DNA of 61,879 nucleotides, the filler included, from Bonamia ostreae (lineage: Eukaryota): NCBI GenBank assembly GCA_040357525.1. It is 15 parts of 15 records of this genome, joined end to end, with 100 filler letters (N's around TTAATTAATTAA, not from the genome) between each part and the next. Parts side by side here need not be neighbours in the genome. Positions count along the whole stretch, not along the records: positions 1 to 4,063 come from JBDODL010000366.1; positions 4,164 to 8,223 come from JBDODL010000367.1; positions 8,324 to 12,383 come from JBDODL010000368.1; 12 more parts are not named here. One strand, given 5' to 3'. The translations under genes were made by a program, and so were the position numbers. Positions 1 through 11,498 of the stretch are shown here, piece after piece. Under the pieces are notes generated by a model, which was given only the letters and a program-made list of their open reading frames with translations, ran no database searches and was not told the DNA's origin. Positions within the stretch are counted from its first letter, which is position 1. Every line of letters begins with the position of its first letter.

Positions 1-1939
1 GGTCTTTACGAATTTTTGTTAATCATCTCCGAAGATGACAAATTAAAAGAAGAACGAAATTTGATGATCTTAGAAACATTTAAAGACGCCGGAAAAAAAC
101 TGTCCACTCCTCAGATCACTAGTTATTTCAACGCGGATAACATCATTCTGTTTACTTTTATATTCAATAAATCGGACTAAATAAAACAACGCGTTAGCGT
201 AGTTTATAAAGACTAACAAAATTTTCAAATTTAGTCTTTTGAGACCCGGAGAAACAGAGTGGAAAACGCGGCAAATTATCCGCGTTTCTTTGAACACGAT
301 AAACGCCCTCCTCCGCGGCGTGACGAAAGCGAGAGTCTCTTACAGCAACGAGTACAGACTCAATTACATACCCGTTCTCCTCGTCAATTCCTTCCAATAC
401 GACGAAGTGTGGAATTTGGCTGCGGCTGCAGTGCCTTTCGTGTCCGCTTTATGCCGAGCCCTCGGAGGCTTGTACGGCGACGCAGCGAGCAAAGCGGATT
501 CTGACTTGGCCACTATTTTGCGAAAGCCGTTTTTCGTTACCGAGTTATTGCAGAGGACGGAAAACGATTCCGCGCGCCACATGAGAATTAGACATGTTTC
601 TGCGTGGATCAACGACATGAGAGATCTTTGCTACACAATGTTGTCTCTTTCCAGCAATCTCAGCGATTCCTTTTTCACGGCAAATCCACATGTTTCAAAA
701 CATGAAAAATATTAAAACATTAAAAGTTTATAACGGAAGAGGTCTTTTACAACATTGACAAAATATCTTTGGGAAATCTCAAGTCGATCGGAGACAAATT
801 GATTTCAACTTTGGTGATACGGTGCGCAGCATCGTTGCCTCAGAACCTCGACTCTTTCCTCACGCCTATTCTCGGTGTCTTTTTGCATCAAGCGACGATG
901 AGACTTGGTAACGCTTGGCAAAATCATTCTGATAATTTGCAAAAACGCTCTTCTCAGGAAGTTTTATTGTAAAATTAACTGCAAAAATTGCCAATTGTTC
1001 GCGCCAATTAAAATTAACTGCAAAAATTACCATTTGTTCGCGCCAATTAAAATTAACTGCAAAAATTACCAATTGCTCGCGCCAATTAAAATTAACTGCA
1101 AAAATTACCATTTGTTCGCGCCAATTAAAATTAACTGCAAAAATTGCCAATTGTTCGCGCCATTATTTGTTCTTGACAATTAAAACCAATCAAAGGATTT
1201 GTCTGAAGAAATGGGCTTGCAAGAAGAACTCAGAATATTCACGCGCGGAATGTCGAAACTGCTCTACTCCTTTTCTCTAGAAATCTCTCTGCAGCGGATC
1301 TTCGAACGCAGCAAACCTCGCGGCATCCGCAGCGACAGAAAAGAACAGTTCCGCATCAACAAAATCCTGATCAACTATCTCTTCAAATCACAGAAAGTCT
1401 GCGAACCGCTGCTCACTCTCCTCTCCTTCTTCCTCCGCTGCCCCGACAGCATCGCCCGCAACAACGTGCACCGCTTCCTTCTGCAAGCCACGCGGATCAT
1501 GTGCGACCAAAGGGAATATCTGGAGACCTTCGCCAAACTGATGGTCGAAGCGATCAAAGTGCAGTCGGAGATAAGAGAAGTCGACGACAATCTCATCGAC
1601 TTTATCTGTCTCCTGATCAGATTGCTGCGCAAGACGCGCCGACAGCTGCCGCAGGAAGTCATCGCGGCGGGAGTGCCGAGCATTCCGTCGGAAGACGTCG
1701 ACTTTCTGCTGAACGCGTTCGCGTCTAAGGACACGGTGCTGCACAGGAAGAAGACGAAGCAGTTTTTGCTGAAGCTGTCGGGCGAAGAAGGGATTGAGCT
1801 GTACTTCGAGCGGTCCGGAATGCACGTGAACAGTGTGCGCAGGCGGACCAAGCGGGGAGGGATAGCGCGGGAGAAAACGACAAGTTTTGTGGACCCGGTC
1901 AATTTGGGTTTGCTGTTTGAAGGAGCGGACAGTCTTTGA
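1..1939 (+). CDS. XPO5: Exportin-5 (Msn5/HASTY family), 5'-partial, multi-exon
   Basis: GT-AG introns 150-235, 692-726 and 961-1195 give one frame. The segments LYEFLLIIS, WINDMRDLCYTML, FLTPILGVFLHQATMRLGNAWQ and SEEMGLQEELRIFTR match the exportin-5 C-terminal region. Confidence 0.75.
971..1162. repeat. 39-bp minisatellite, about 5 copies, inside the exportin-5 intron
   Basis: Unit aaaattaactgcaaaaattgccaattgttcgcgccaatt repeated head to tail. Confidence 0.95.
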
Positions 1940-3014
1940 ATTTTTGGCCATTTTTGTTTGCTATTTTTTGTTATTTTTTTAATGTTATTTTTTGTTTTTT
2001 TCCATTTTTTTCTATTTTTAGCTTTTTTCTATTTTTGCACTTTTTTGCCGTTTTTTGTTACTTTTTTTCAATTTGTGCTTATTTTTTTCTATTTTTTCCA
2101 TTTTTTCTATTTTTAGCCTTTTTTCAAATTTTGCCGTTTTTTTTTGTTTTTTTTTGTTATTTTTTGATATATTTTTTAGGCCATTTTTCTATTTTCGATC
2201 GGTTTTATTTTCATTTTGGCCATTTTTTTGATATTTTTGATCGTCGGCCATTTTTGATATTTTTCTCATATAATATTACATATCAATGTTGATGTGTTAT
2301 GTGTAATAAAAAATTTTTCCTGGCGGTCACTTTTTTGTCTTTTAACATTTCTCTGACTCCCCTGGTTTTTCAGTGCCTTTTATTCTTGATTTCAGTGCCT
2401 TCAAACAAACATTTTTCCTCATTTTTTGTGTCTTCGAACAAACGTTTTATTAAATTAAAATAACATGACATCTGAGATTATCTTAAACTTAGAAGTAAAA
2501 TAATATAGAAACGAAAAATTGATATTGAAATTCTGATCACCTTAAACTCAATCATTTTTATAAATGCCAAAATATTGCAAAAATCAAATAAAATTCGCAG
2601 AAAAGGCAATTTTTATTGTAAAATTAGTGAATAAAAAGGATATTTTCACTTATTAGACAAGAGCGTCGTTGGTGATACCTGACTATTAAACTTGAGTGCG
2701 AAAAACAAGGCTAAAATAATCAAGAACTAAAGATTGTGATTGCCTCAGACGCTCTTTTTCAAATATTTTACAATTACAATTTGCGAATTTTGGAAAATCG
2801 AACAGAAACTTAATTTACACAAAATTTAGAAACGAAGAAACAAAAATTTACAAAACTAAAAAATGTAATTTTGTACAATAATTTGTACACAAAATCAAAA
2901 GCTCTAGTAAAGTTATTATATAGCAGAATATTAATAACCGCAATCGCAAAATTATCAAAAACAGTATAATAATAAAAAACTAAATTGGATTTTAGCAATC
3001 TGCGAAATTCAAAA

Positions 3015-4063
3015 ATGCAAAAAATAATCGAAAAGCAAATTTCAATTTTTTGCCAAAGCTGCAAAATTGAAGTTCAAAGAGAGCAAAATGGGTTCGACCA
3101 TTATAGAACTGATTGGCATTGTTACAATGTCAAATTAAAGTGCTCTGCAAAACCTCCTCTCACGCTGCAACAATATCAAACTTTTGTTTTGGTCGACACA
3201 AACGTTAAAAAGACATTTAAATGCAACGATTGCAATTTTTTCCGACTAAACTTCGAAAGCGATTTTTTTTGGATTTTATTAAAACAATATTTTGCAAAAA
3301 TTAAAAGAAAAAACTTCAAATCTGAAAACGCTTTTAAAGAGCATAAATTGACGAGAAAACATTTGAAGAAATTAAAGTCGGTTTGCGGAAATAGTGGGAA
3401 AAAAAGGAATTTTGTTGATTCGGAATTTCAATGTCTTTTTTGCCAAAACGGATTTGACAAACAAGAAAAACTTGATCTGCATTTCAACGAACACGGATTC
3501 TTTATTCCTTGTTTGAACTTTTTATCAAAATTTAAGATAAAGAGAGTTTAAAATCTTTAAAAACTTTTTTGGTTTTTTTGAGGGAAAAAATCAAAATCGG
3601 TCAATGCATTTATTGCGATCGAAAATTTGTCGTCAAAGAAAAATTTAACCCGGCTCAATTTCACATGGTTTGGCAAAAATTAAACAAAGATCGACAAAAA
3701 TCACTGCAAATTGAAAGAAGTCAAAAATCAATTTTTTGTCGAATATAAAGATTTTTATCATTTTGACCAAAACGCGTTACAAAACATCGCAAAAACGTTT
3801 TTTTGTATAAAAATTTAGACTTTTCAGAAAACAAGAAATCGACATGATGATTACTGACGGGGGAGAATTGCTGCTCGATAACGGAACTTATTTGGGCCAC
3901 AGAGAAAACTTGATTTATTATAAACAATCTGCTTTGTTTTTAAAATTTTTACAATTTATTGTTGAAAGACCACAGCGAGAAGATTTTGAAGTTGAAATAA
4001 AAGAAAAGACTGAACAAAATTTTTTGGACAAAAAATCAGAATTAAGACAACAGAAAAATAACC
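3015..4063 (+). CDS. REI1: Pre-60S maturation factor Rei1/ZNF622, C2H2 zinc fingers, 3'-partial
   Basis: CQSC...HYRTDWHCYNVK, FKSENAFKEHKLTRKH, CLFC...HGFFIP, CIYC, HMIDKNHCK and GELLLDNGTYLGHRENLIYYKQ motifs appear after removing short introns. Confidence 0.9.
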
Positions 4064-4163
4064 NNNNNNNNNNNNNNNNNNNNNNNNNNNNNNNNNNNNN
4101 NNNNNNNTTAATTAATTAANNNNNNNNNNNNNNNNNNNNNNNNNNNNNNNNNNNNNNNNNNNN
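4064..4163. other. Artificial contig spacer (first of 14)
   Basis: N-run + TTAATTAATTAA (stops in all six frames) + N-run, 100 nt. Repeated at 8224-8323, 12384-12483, 16541-16640, 20680-20779, 24818-24917, 28956-29055, 33091-33190, 37222-37321, 41352-41451, 45471-45570, 49582-49681, 53690-53789 and 57785-57884. Contig lengths fall from 4063 to 3995 nt. Plain 100-N scaffold gaps occur at 30669-30768 and 39009-39108. Confidence 0.98.
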
Positions 4164-4806
4164 AATTTCAGAATAATAAAAATCGTTATCGTCATAAAAA
4201 TCCAACAGTTTATCTTGCAAATCGTGCTTAGATCTACGCAGAATATTCTTTTATATCGAAACATAAATTGAAAATTTTTGTAATCAAAATTTTCATTTTT
4301 TATAAAAACGGATAAAATGGACAAATCTTAAAAATCCGACATGTTCCAAAAACGAAATTAGTCAAAAAAATTTTTAGAACGGAACAACAATGAATTCCCA
4401 TTTGGAAACAAAGCGATTTTTTCAAAAACGACATTTCGATTTCTTTCAAATTTTTGTTTCGTTCTTCTAAAACTAATTTTGTTTCTTCAAATTTAGCAAT
4501 TTTTCGAATAAAATTATTTAAAATTTCAAAACCGTTTTCGTGTTTTTGTTTGAAAAATCGGTCATTTTTCAAGTTTCTTTTTAAATTTGCCAAAGCTAAC
4601 TTTTCCATTTTTCTAAAATTTAGCATTTTCTCTTCGTGTTGCTTCATTTTCATTAAAATGGTTTCTCTTCTTTGAATTTGCATTTCTCGCAATTTTAGTA
4701 ATTCGATTTCTCGGTTCGCCATTATTTTCATTGCGTTTATCAACAAATTGCTATTTATTTTGTTTTTGTGAATTTTCCAATTTGTCACTTTTTTCTCTTT
4801 TTGCAC
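4164..4806 (-). CDS. Hypothetical coiled-coil protein, 3'-partial
   Basis: 168-aa K/E-rich ORF 4300-4806; no family recognised. Confidence 0.3.
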
Positions 4807-4859
4807 TTTATTTTATATATTTAGTTAAATTTTAGCAAAAGTCTGTATTTGTTAGTTTA

Positions 4860-5130
4860 AATATTTTACAAAAAATTTATTTAAAATATTGCAAAAAATC
4901 ACTTAAACTTTACAAAAAATTTACAAAAAAAAACATTAAATCTCTACAAAAAAACATTAAAAATTTGCGTAAATATCATTAAAACTTTACAAAAACAACA
5001 AAAACTTTACAAAAAATCATTAAAACTTTACAAAAACTTTACAAAAAATCATTAAAACTTTACAAAAACAACAAAAACTTTACAAAAATCATTAAAACTC
5101 TACAAAAACATTAAAAACAACAAAAACTTA
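4860..5130. repeat. Degenerate ~20-bp tandem repeat (aaaactttacaaaaaatcatt)
   Basis: Many imperfect copies visible in the sequence. Confidence 0.75.
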
Positions 5131-5417
5131 TATCTGCATTTTCTTCAAAATGGTCAAACTCTTCATTAGAAAAATCTTTACCGTTGTCGATTGCAAACTT
5201 ACTATTGTTTAATTGTCTCATCAAACTAAAATTTCCAGTCAAAAAAACTTTTGACTTTCATTTCTTATTTTATTTATTTCAAAATCGGATTTTAACAGAC
5301 ATGATTGCGATTCCACACTAACATTTTGATCAAGTTCGCCATTTTGATCAAATTTCCAGTTTGTATTTTGGCCAAATTTCAAAATTTGATGGCAATTCTT
5401 ATTAATCGTTATCGCCT

Positions 5418-6425
5418 TTAATTGAGATTATCGAAAACTTGATTGAGAACAAAAAGTTCGTTTTTGGACAACAAATCCTTTTTGCAAAATTTGCCAAATT
5501 CCGAAACAGATTTGGCCAAAAGTTTCGAATTTATTTCGTTTAACGGATTATTTATAGCGACGATCATTTTAAATATCAAATTAATGGCTAAAATGTGATT
5601 TGCAATTAATTTGTGTTCTTCTTTGAAAACAAAAAGAAATTTAGAGATTTCAGACTTTTGCAATTTTGCAAATTTCATAGCGATTTTGCTTATTTTTTCT
5701 TTAATTTGTGCTATTTCTTCGAAATTTACTTTTGAAATTTTATTCAAAACTTTCAAGAATAAGACGTTTGGAAAAGACGTTTTTTTTCAATTTGGTCAAC
5801 TTTTTGTTTGTTGCCAGTAATTTTCGAAATAACTTTTTTTCGCCTAAAATATCCATTGTTTTCAGAATTTTCTTTTTGCTCTTTGGAATAAAATTTTTAT
5901 GAAGACAAATTTTTATTTGGTCGATTTAAAAATTGCCGATTTAGAAACATAAAGATAATTTTGTCTGTTTTGGCTTTCTTTCATTTTATTCAAATTGTCA
6001 ATTTGGGATTTTAAGCCGTAAACAATTTGGTCGTCTTCCATTTTTATCAACATTTGAAAATCTTTCTTTTTTATTTTTTTGGCCATTTTAATCAAAATTC
6101 TAGCGAATAACAACAAAAAGAAAAGGGCTGTAGATATTACGCAAATCGAATATATTAAGTCCGGATTTTGCGTTTTTTCGATATTTAATGGTTGATCAGA
6201 AGCAACAAAGCTGTTTTCTGACTCAACAATATCTTCCTTTAAAACAATGTCCCCGTCAAAAGACGGTTTTAACGTCTCTTCGTTTTCTCTGTTTTTGGGG
6301 GACAATATGCATTGCGGATGATATTGATCAAAATAACAAAAATCTTTTTTCGGTTTTGCCATTTTTGGATAAATCCACAAAGCTTTAATAACTATACGTT
6401 GACCGACTAATATTAATTAACTCAT
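5418..6425 (-). CDS. Hypothetical single-pass membrane protein, multi-exon
   Basis: ORF 5913-6380 has a hydrophobic segment (LIYSICVISTALFFLLLFARILI); ORF 5418-5756 is coiled-coil-like. ATG at 6425 lies head-to-head with the Cdc20-family gene. Exon structure uncertain. Confidence 0.35.
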
Positions 6426-6466
6426 TTTATAAAATAAAAATCCGCAGTGACTCGACAAACCATTTT

Positions 6467-7960
6467 ATGAAAACCCGATCCGATTCTCAAAACACAAAAA
6501 CGCCGATAAGTCACGGCAGAAACAGATTGTACAAAACGCCCCAAACAGAGAGAAACATGATCGATCTAGGCAAATCTCCTTCTAATTCAATCCAAAATGC
6601 AAAATCGCTTACCAAATCTGCAGACAGGTTAAAATTGGCCATTTTTAATCAATTTTTTGCAAATTTTTAATCAAATAATCGTTAGTTTGCACTAATTTGC
6701 AAATTTTTTTGCGTCTAAAAAATTGATGTAATCTCGTCATTTTGTTGGGACTTTTTTGGCCAAACGAGGAAAACTTTTCCAAAATTTGTAATTTTCTGCG
6801 CAATAAAATTTAAAATGTCGACTTTTACAGATATATCCCGTCGCGCACAACTTTAAACTCGAATTTTGTCAGAGCCATTTTCAACAGAAAAATAAAATCG
6901 GCGAAGAAACAAAAAACGAAATCGGACAATTTTGATATATCAAAGTCCGAAGCTGGCAATCCTTTGTTAAATTTGAGCAAAGAAAATTTGGACAAAAACT
7001 TCGAAGACACTTTTCTCGATAAAAGCGCCGCGGAAATTTGTAGAAACGTCGAGACGAGCAACGAAGATTTGGGAAACAACGAGTCGACGGATTGGGCAGA
7101 CAGTTCCGTGAACAACAATTCGACGTTGGAACTGAGCAAAGGAAACGTTCACAATTGTCTCAACGACGACAGTTTCAACGCGAACAGAGGACTAACTGGC
7201 CGCAAAAAACAGATCGGCGCTTCTTATTCGCCTTGCAGCGCTTCGTCAAAATCGGCCTCGAAACGAGTCAGAAACGAGCTTAACTCTGAAACGTTTTTGG
7301 GAATGCAGAACATTTCGCAAAAATGGAACCAGCGAGTTCTTGATATTTGCCAATTTTTCTAATTTTTATTTTTGCCATTTTTGTGATTTTTTAGATATTG
7401 AAGTTCAACGAAGCGATGGATGCAGCGACAAACAGTGAGAATAAAATAGTTGTAAGAAAAGTTTTAAACCACACTCCGACTCGATCTTTAAAGAAAAGAA
7501 AGTTGATTTTTGTACAGAAAATTATAAAACAAAAACAATTTTTGTAAAACAAAAAACAAAAAAACAATTTTTTATTAAAAATAGAAACAATTTTATAAAA
7601 AAATTAATAAAAAACAATTTTTTATAAAACAAAAACAACAAAGAAAATTAGAAGAAAGACTATTAAAAGTCCAAAAAAGCGCCGAAAAAGTGCTGGACGC
7701 GCCATCGATAATCAAAAAACCAGAACTTAATTTAATGCATTGGACTTTAGCCAAAATCGGAAAAACTCATTTTACGAAAACAGACGTTCTGGCCGTCGGT
7801 TTGGCCGAAGAAGTCTATTTCTGGTTCGTCGAACAGAACAAAATCGAAAGTTTGAGTGCATTGCGAAGTGACAACAAAAATAACGAAAATAATGTCATTT
7901 CTCGCGCCGATTTGAATGTCAGTTGCGTTCTTTGGTTCGGATCTGCTTTTTTAGCTGGTT
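6467..7960 (+). CDS. CDC20: Cdc20/Fizzy-family APC/C activator, 3'-partial
   Basis: Intron 6628-6830 creates the C-box DRYIPSR. Intron 7336-7394 creates RILKF (KILR-like motif). The first WD repeat follows: EKVLDAP...LNLMHW...VLAVGL. Confidence 0.8.
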
Positions 7961-8323
7961 TTCCTAAAAATTCGATTCGCGATTTCTTTAATAATTTTAT
8001 AAAGATATAGAATTGAAGAAAAATTATTTTGAGATTTGTTTATCAAAATAGGTTTTTAATTAAAACCATTAACAACCAATTGCATCTATATTAATACATT
8101 CTAAAAAGAATTAGAAATTTTTTAAATAATGTATAAAATTTGAAAATGATTTCATTATTTTGTATCAGGGATGGATGCAGTCGATCTGGTCATTGGTCCG
8201 ATCGGATCCCGGTCACAATTCTGNNNNNNNNNNNNNNNNNNNNNNNNNNNNNNNNNNNNNNNNNNNNTTAATTAATTAANNNNNNNNNNNNNNNNNNNNN
8301 NNNNNNNNNNNNNNNNNNNNNNN

Positions 8324-8540
8324 CATTTTTTCTATTAAACAGAAAAAACAACTTTTCAAATTTGAAACCATTTTTTCTATTAAACAGAAAAAAAAACATT
8401 TCAAATTTGAAACCATTTTTACTATTAAACAAAAAAAACATTTCAAATTTGAAACAATTTTTACTATTAAACAAAAAAACATTTCAAATTTGAAACAATT
8501 TTTTCCATTAAACAAAAAATCAAATTTGAGAAACCATTTT
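8324..8540. repeat. 41-44-bp minisatellite, about 5 copies
   Basis: Unit catttcaaatttgaaaccattttttctattaaacagaaaaaa at the contig start; probably intronic to the downstream collagen-like gene. Confidence 0.9.
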
Positions 8541-8626
8541 TATTTATCTAGAAAATCACTGCAAAATCATTATAAGAAGAACCTTATTAATCCCACTATA
8601 TCAAAACAAAAGATTCGCAAAATACG

Positions 8627-9199
8627 ATGAGAGATTACAACTATGACATCAGTGACAGTGACAAATACCGTCATTATCACAAAAGGAATTATCGCCATTA
8701 CGGCGGCGACGGATGCAAATTCCACACCGTCAAAATCCCTCTGCCGCCTTCAGGATGCCCCGGATGCCCCGGATCTCCTGGATGCCCAGGCCGACCCGGA
8801 TGCCCCGGCAAGAGCATTTGCGGGCCTTGCGGACCTCGAGGCCCTTGCGGTCTATGCGGGAAGCCCGGGAAACCGGGATGTCCCGGTCCTTGCGGAATGA
8901 GAGGCCCGTGCGGACCGAAGGGCTCCAAAGGCTGTCCCGGATGCCCCGGGAAACCAGGAATGCCAGGATGCCCCGGTGCGCCAGGGCCATGCGGTCCGCC
9001 CGGGCCGCCGGGATGCTCGGGCGACAGCGGCAAACATTACGACGACGATTACGAACTCGACTACAAAAATGAAGCGCACTGCGACAACTGGGACAACTGG
9101 AATAACAACAATAACAACTGCTACGGACCTCGAAAAAACTACGGTTACGGCAACTACTACTGGCCTGGCCAAAACTGCGGGCCTTATCGGTGGATGTGA
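8627..9199 (+). CDS. Cysteine-rich short collagen-like protein (Gly-X-Y), possibly 5'-partial
   Basis: 7 + 24 Gly-X-Y triplets with one interruption (IC), flanked by Tyr/His/Asp- and Tyr/Asn/Trp-rich ends. An in-frame AAG acceptor at about 8612 suggests an upstream exon. Confidence 0.8.
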   Translation: MRDYNYDISDSDKYRHYHKRNYRHYGGDGCKFHTVKIPLPPSGCPGCPGSPGCPGRPGCPGKSICGPCGPRGPCGLCGKPGKPGCPGPCGMRGPCGPKGSKGCPGCPGKPGMPGCPGAPGPCGPPGPPGCSGDSGKHYDDDYELDYKNEAHCDNWDNWNNNNNNCYGPRKNYGYGNYYWPGQNCGPYRWM

Positions 9200-9220
9200 T
9201 TTGTCAAGTTTTAAATGTCG

Positions 9221-10243
9221 TTAAATTTGTAATTTGTTTTTGAAAGCGCTTTTTCGCTTTCTCTTTTGTCTTTTTCGGTCTTCGCGGCTTTTTTCGTCGT
9301 TTAAGAAGAGCCGTTCTTTTTTCTCTTTGTAAACCGCATTTTCGGTGTCGTCGTTTAAACGCGGTTCGATCTGCTTCGCTTCGGTGATCGGCAGTTTCTC
9401 TTCCAGTTGTATCGCGGGGACTTCTTTCTTCCGGATGTTCCACTGTTTCGGCGCTTTCGGCGTGTAATGGAAGTTGCTGAGCGCTTCGAGAGAACGGCTG
9501 AGTGAGGCGAACAGTTTCAAAGCTTCCATTTGCACCGGACTCAGTTCTTCGGAGTCGGCCGACAATATATGTGATTTTGCTCCGAACGGGGTTCGGTTTT
9601 TGAGATGGCTGTTCTTCGCGTCCAAAAACTTTTCCTCGTAAATGTCGGCCAATCCGCGTTCGGACCGCGTTTGAGGCACGTTCGTCTCGTTCTCTCGCGC
9701 TTGAGGCACTTTTGCGCTGCGTCGTGCCAGATAAGAAAGTTTGTCGTCAAAATCGTCGTCCAAAATGTGCTTTTTGATCGAGCTCTCAATCTCTTTGTTG
9801 TAATCTGCTGTGATCTTCGGAGCGGGAGCGACTTGAACGTCGAATTCGAGCAACTTGTCGAGCAAGGAATTTTGCGGTCTCTAATTTTTTTAGGTTTTTG
9901 CTATAGAATAACGTTAGTCGCTGTCACTTCGCCCATCAGTTCCCAAGAACGAGGAGCGACTATTTTTTCTTCGAGTTCTCTAATTTGGGAGAGCCTTTTC
10001 TCTTTATTAAGTTCGAATTCGGACTTTTCCGAAGTCTCGTTAAATTGGCCAATGGCTTCGTTTGGTTTCGCAGTTCGGACAGGTTTTAAGTCATCGTCCT
10101 TGGCGCTGTTGTCTTTGGCCTCGCTGGCGAAAAAGTCTTCGTACGTTACGTCGTCCGCTTCTTCTGCATTTTCGAGTGAAGCGTAGACGTCCACAGCGCT
10201 GTCGGGGGATGCTTAAATGTAATTAAAAACATTCGTCAGACAT
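9221..10243 (-). CDS. MPP10: U3 snoRNP protein Mpp10, shortened (323 aa)
   Basis: Exons 10243-10231, 10211-9913 and 9880-9221 (introns 19 and 32 nt). Motifs YEDFF, IRELEEKIVAPRSWELMGEV.ATNRPQNSLL, APKIT, GLADIYE and LEALSNFHYTPK. Confidence 0.92.
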
Positions 10244-10336
10244 TTGGGACTTTGCGCAGTGTTGAGGCTGAATGCGCAAATTTTATTGTCGTCGGCTATA
10301 ATAAACTGAAGGCTAATTTTTAAATAGGGAAAAGTA

Positions 10337-10861
10337 ATGTCTGACTCTCCGGTGACTTGTTTTATGTCTTATTCTTAGTCAAATTGCGATGCATTGGCGG
10401 CGCAAAAGTGGCTCCCGCAAAAATCGCTCCGCGGGTGTCGCCGCTGGGAATGGGCCCAAATCAAGTTATAGAAAAAATCACAAAATCGACTGCGGACTAT
10501 AAGGGACTTCCCGTCATCGTGGAAATTTCCATTCTAAACAGACAAGCGGAAATCAAGGTCATTCCCTCTGCTTCTATGCTTATCTTAAAAGCGCTGGACG
10601 AACCGCTGAGAAACAGAAAAGAAGAAAAAAACAGTTTTTCTTATCTCAAATAAAGTTAAACACGACGGAAACATAACAATGGAGCAGTTGTACGAGATAG
10701 CCCGCGTTGTTAGAGAAAAGTCCCTCGCGAAACAATTTTCCGGTACTGTAAAAGAAGTACTCGGAACTTGTTTGTCACTCGGATGCAGAGTTGAAAATGA
10801 AAGCCCACGTGATATCACTAAGCGAATCAAAAAAGGAGATATCGTTTGCCCAGAAAAGTGA
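10337..10861 (+). CDS. RPL12: 60S ribosomal protein uL11 (RPL12)
   Basis: Introns 10359-10378 (20 nt) and 10634-10655 (22 nt). LRCIGG, IAPRVSPLGM, VIPSASMLILKAL, KNIKHDGNI and GTVKEVLGTCLSLGC are typical of uL11. Confidence 0.96.
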
Positions 10862-11498
10862 ACGCATTCAATCACTTTTTTCTTTAAAACTTAATTTCTG
10901 TTTCCGTCCCAAATTATCTTGTACTTTTCGCTCCTCAATTTACAAAATATTTCTGTTCTTCATTTACAAAATATGTCGATTCAGTAATTTTTTTCTGTGA
11001 TTCATTTTTGTTTTGTCTCTGAAGTTATTTTAATGATCCCATTTCAAATTAATGATCTTCTTCTTGTTTCGATTAAACGAAAAATAACGACTTCCTAAAA
11101 TTAACTGGAAACCAAATTTTGCAAAAATCTCCAAAAATATGGTCAAACAAAAAACTTAAAATCTTTTAAAAATGAATTGTCATCGAATAAGGACAAATTG
11201 CTAAAATGGCATATCTTCGAAATTTTGTTTAATAATTGCAGTGAAGAAACGGTTTAAAATAATAAATTGGTTAAAAAATCATTGTTAAAAATAGATCGTT
11301 TTATCGACATTCCCTCAAAGGATCAAATGGAAAGACGAAAGATTTAATTATAGACTAAAAAATGTGATCGCCAATTTAATATTCTGTTTTCATAAAAAAG
11401 AAATAAGAGTATCAACAAAATATTTGAATATCGACATTTAGACTAATAACAAAACAATAAAATTATATACAATCGTCTTAATTACTTTATAAGCTCTA

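Noticed and set aside
1936-2292. Phe-rich 118-aa ORF
   Set aside because: Translation of T-rich low-complexity DNA downstream of exportin-5.
2371-2390. GCCTTTTAT resembling U5 snRNA loop I
   Set aside because: No flanking stem or Sm site.
8698-9033. Antisense Gly-X-Y ORF (GHPG repeats)
   Set aside because: Shadow of the Pro/Gly codons on the plus strand. The plus frame has a start codon, coherent flanks and the longer ORF.
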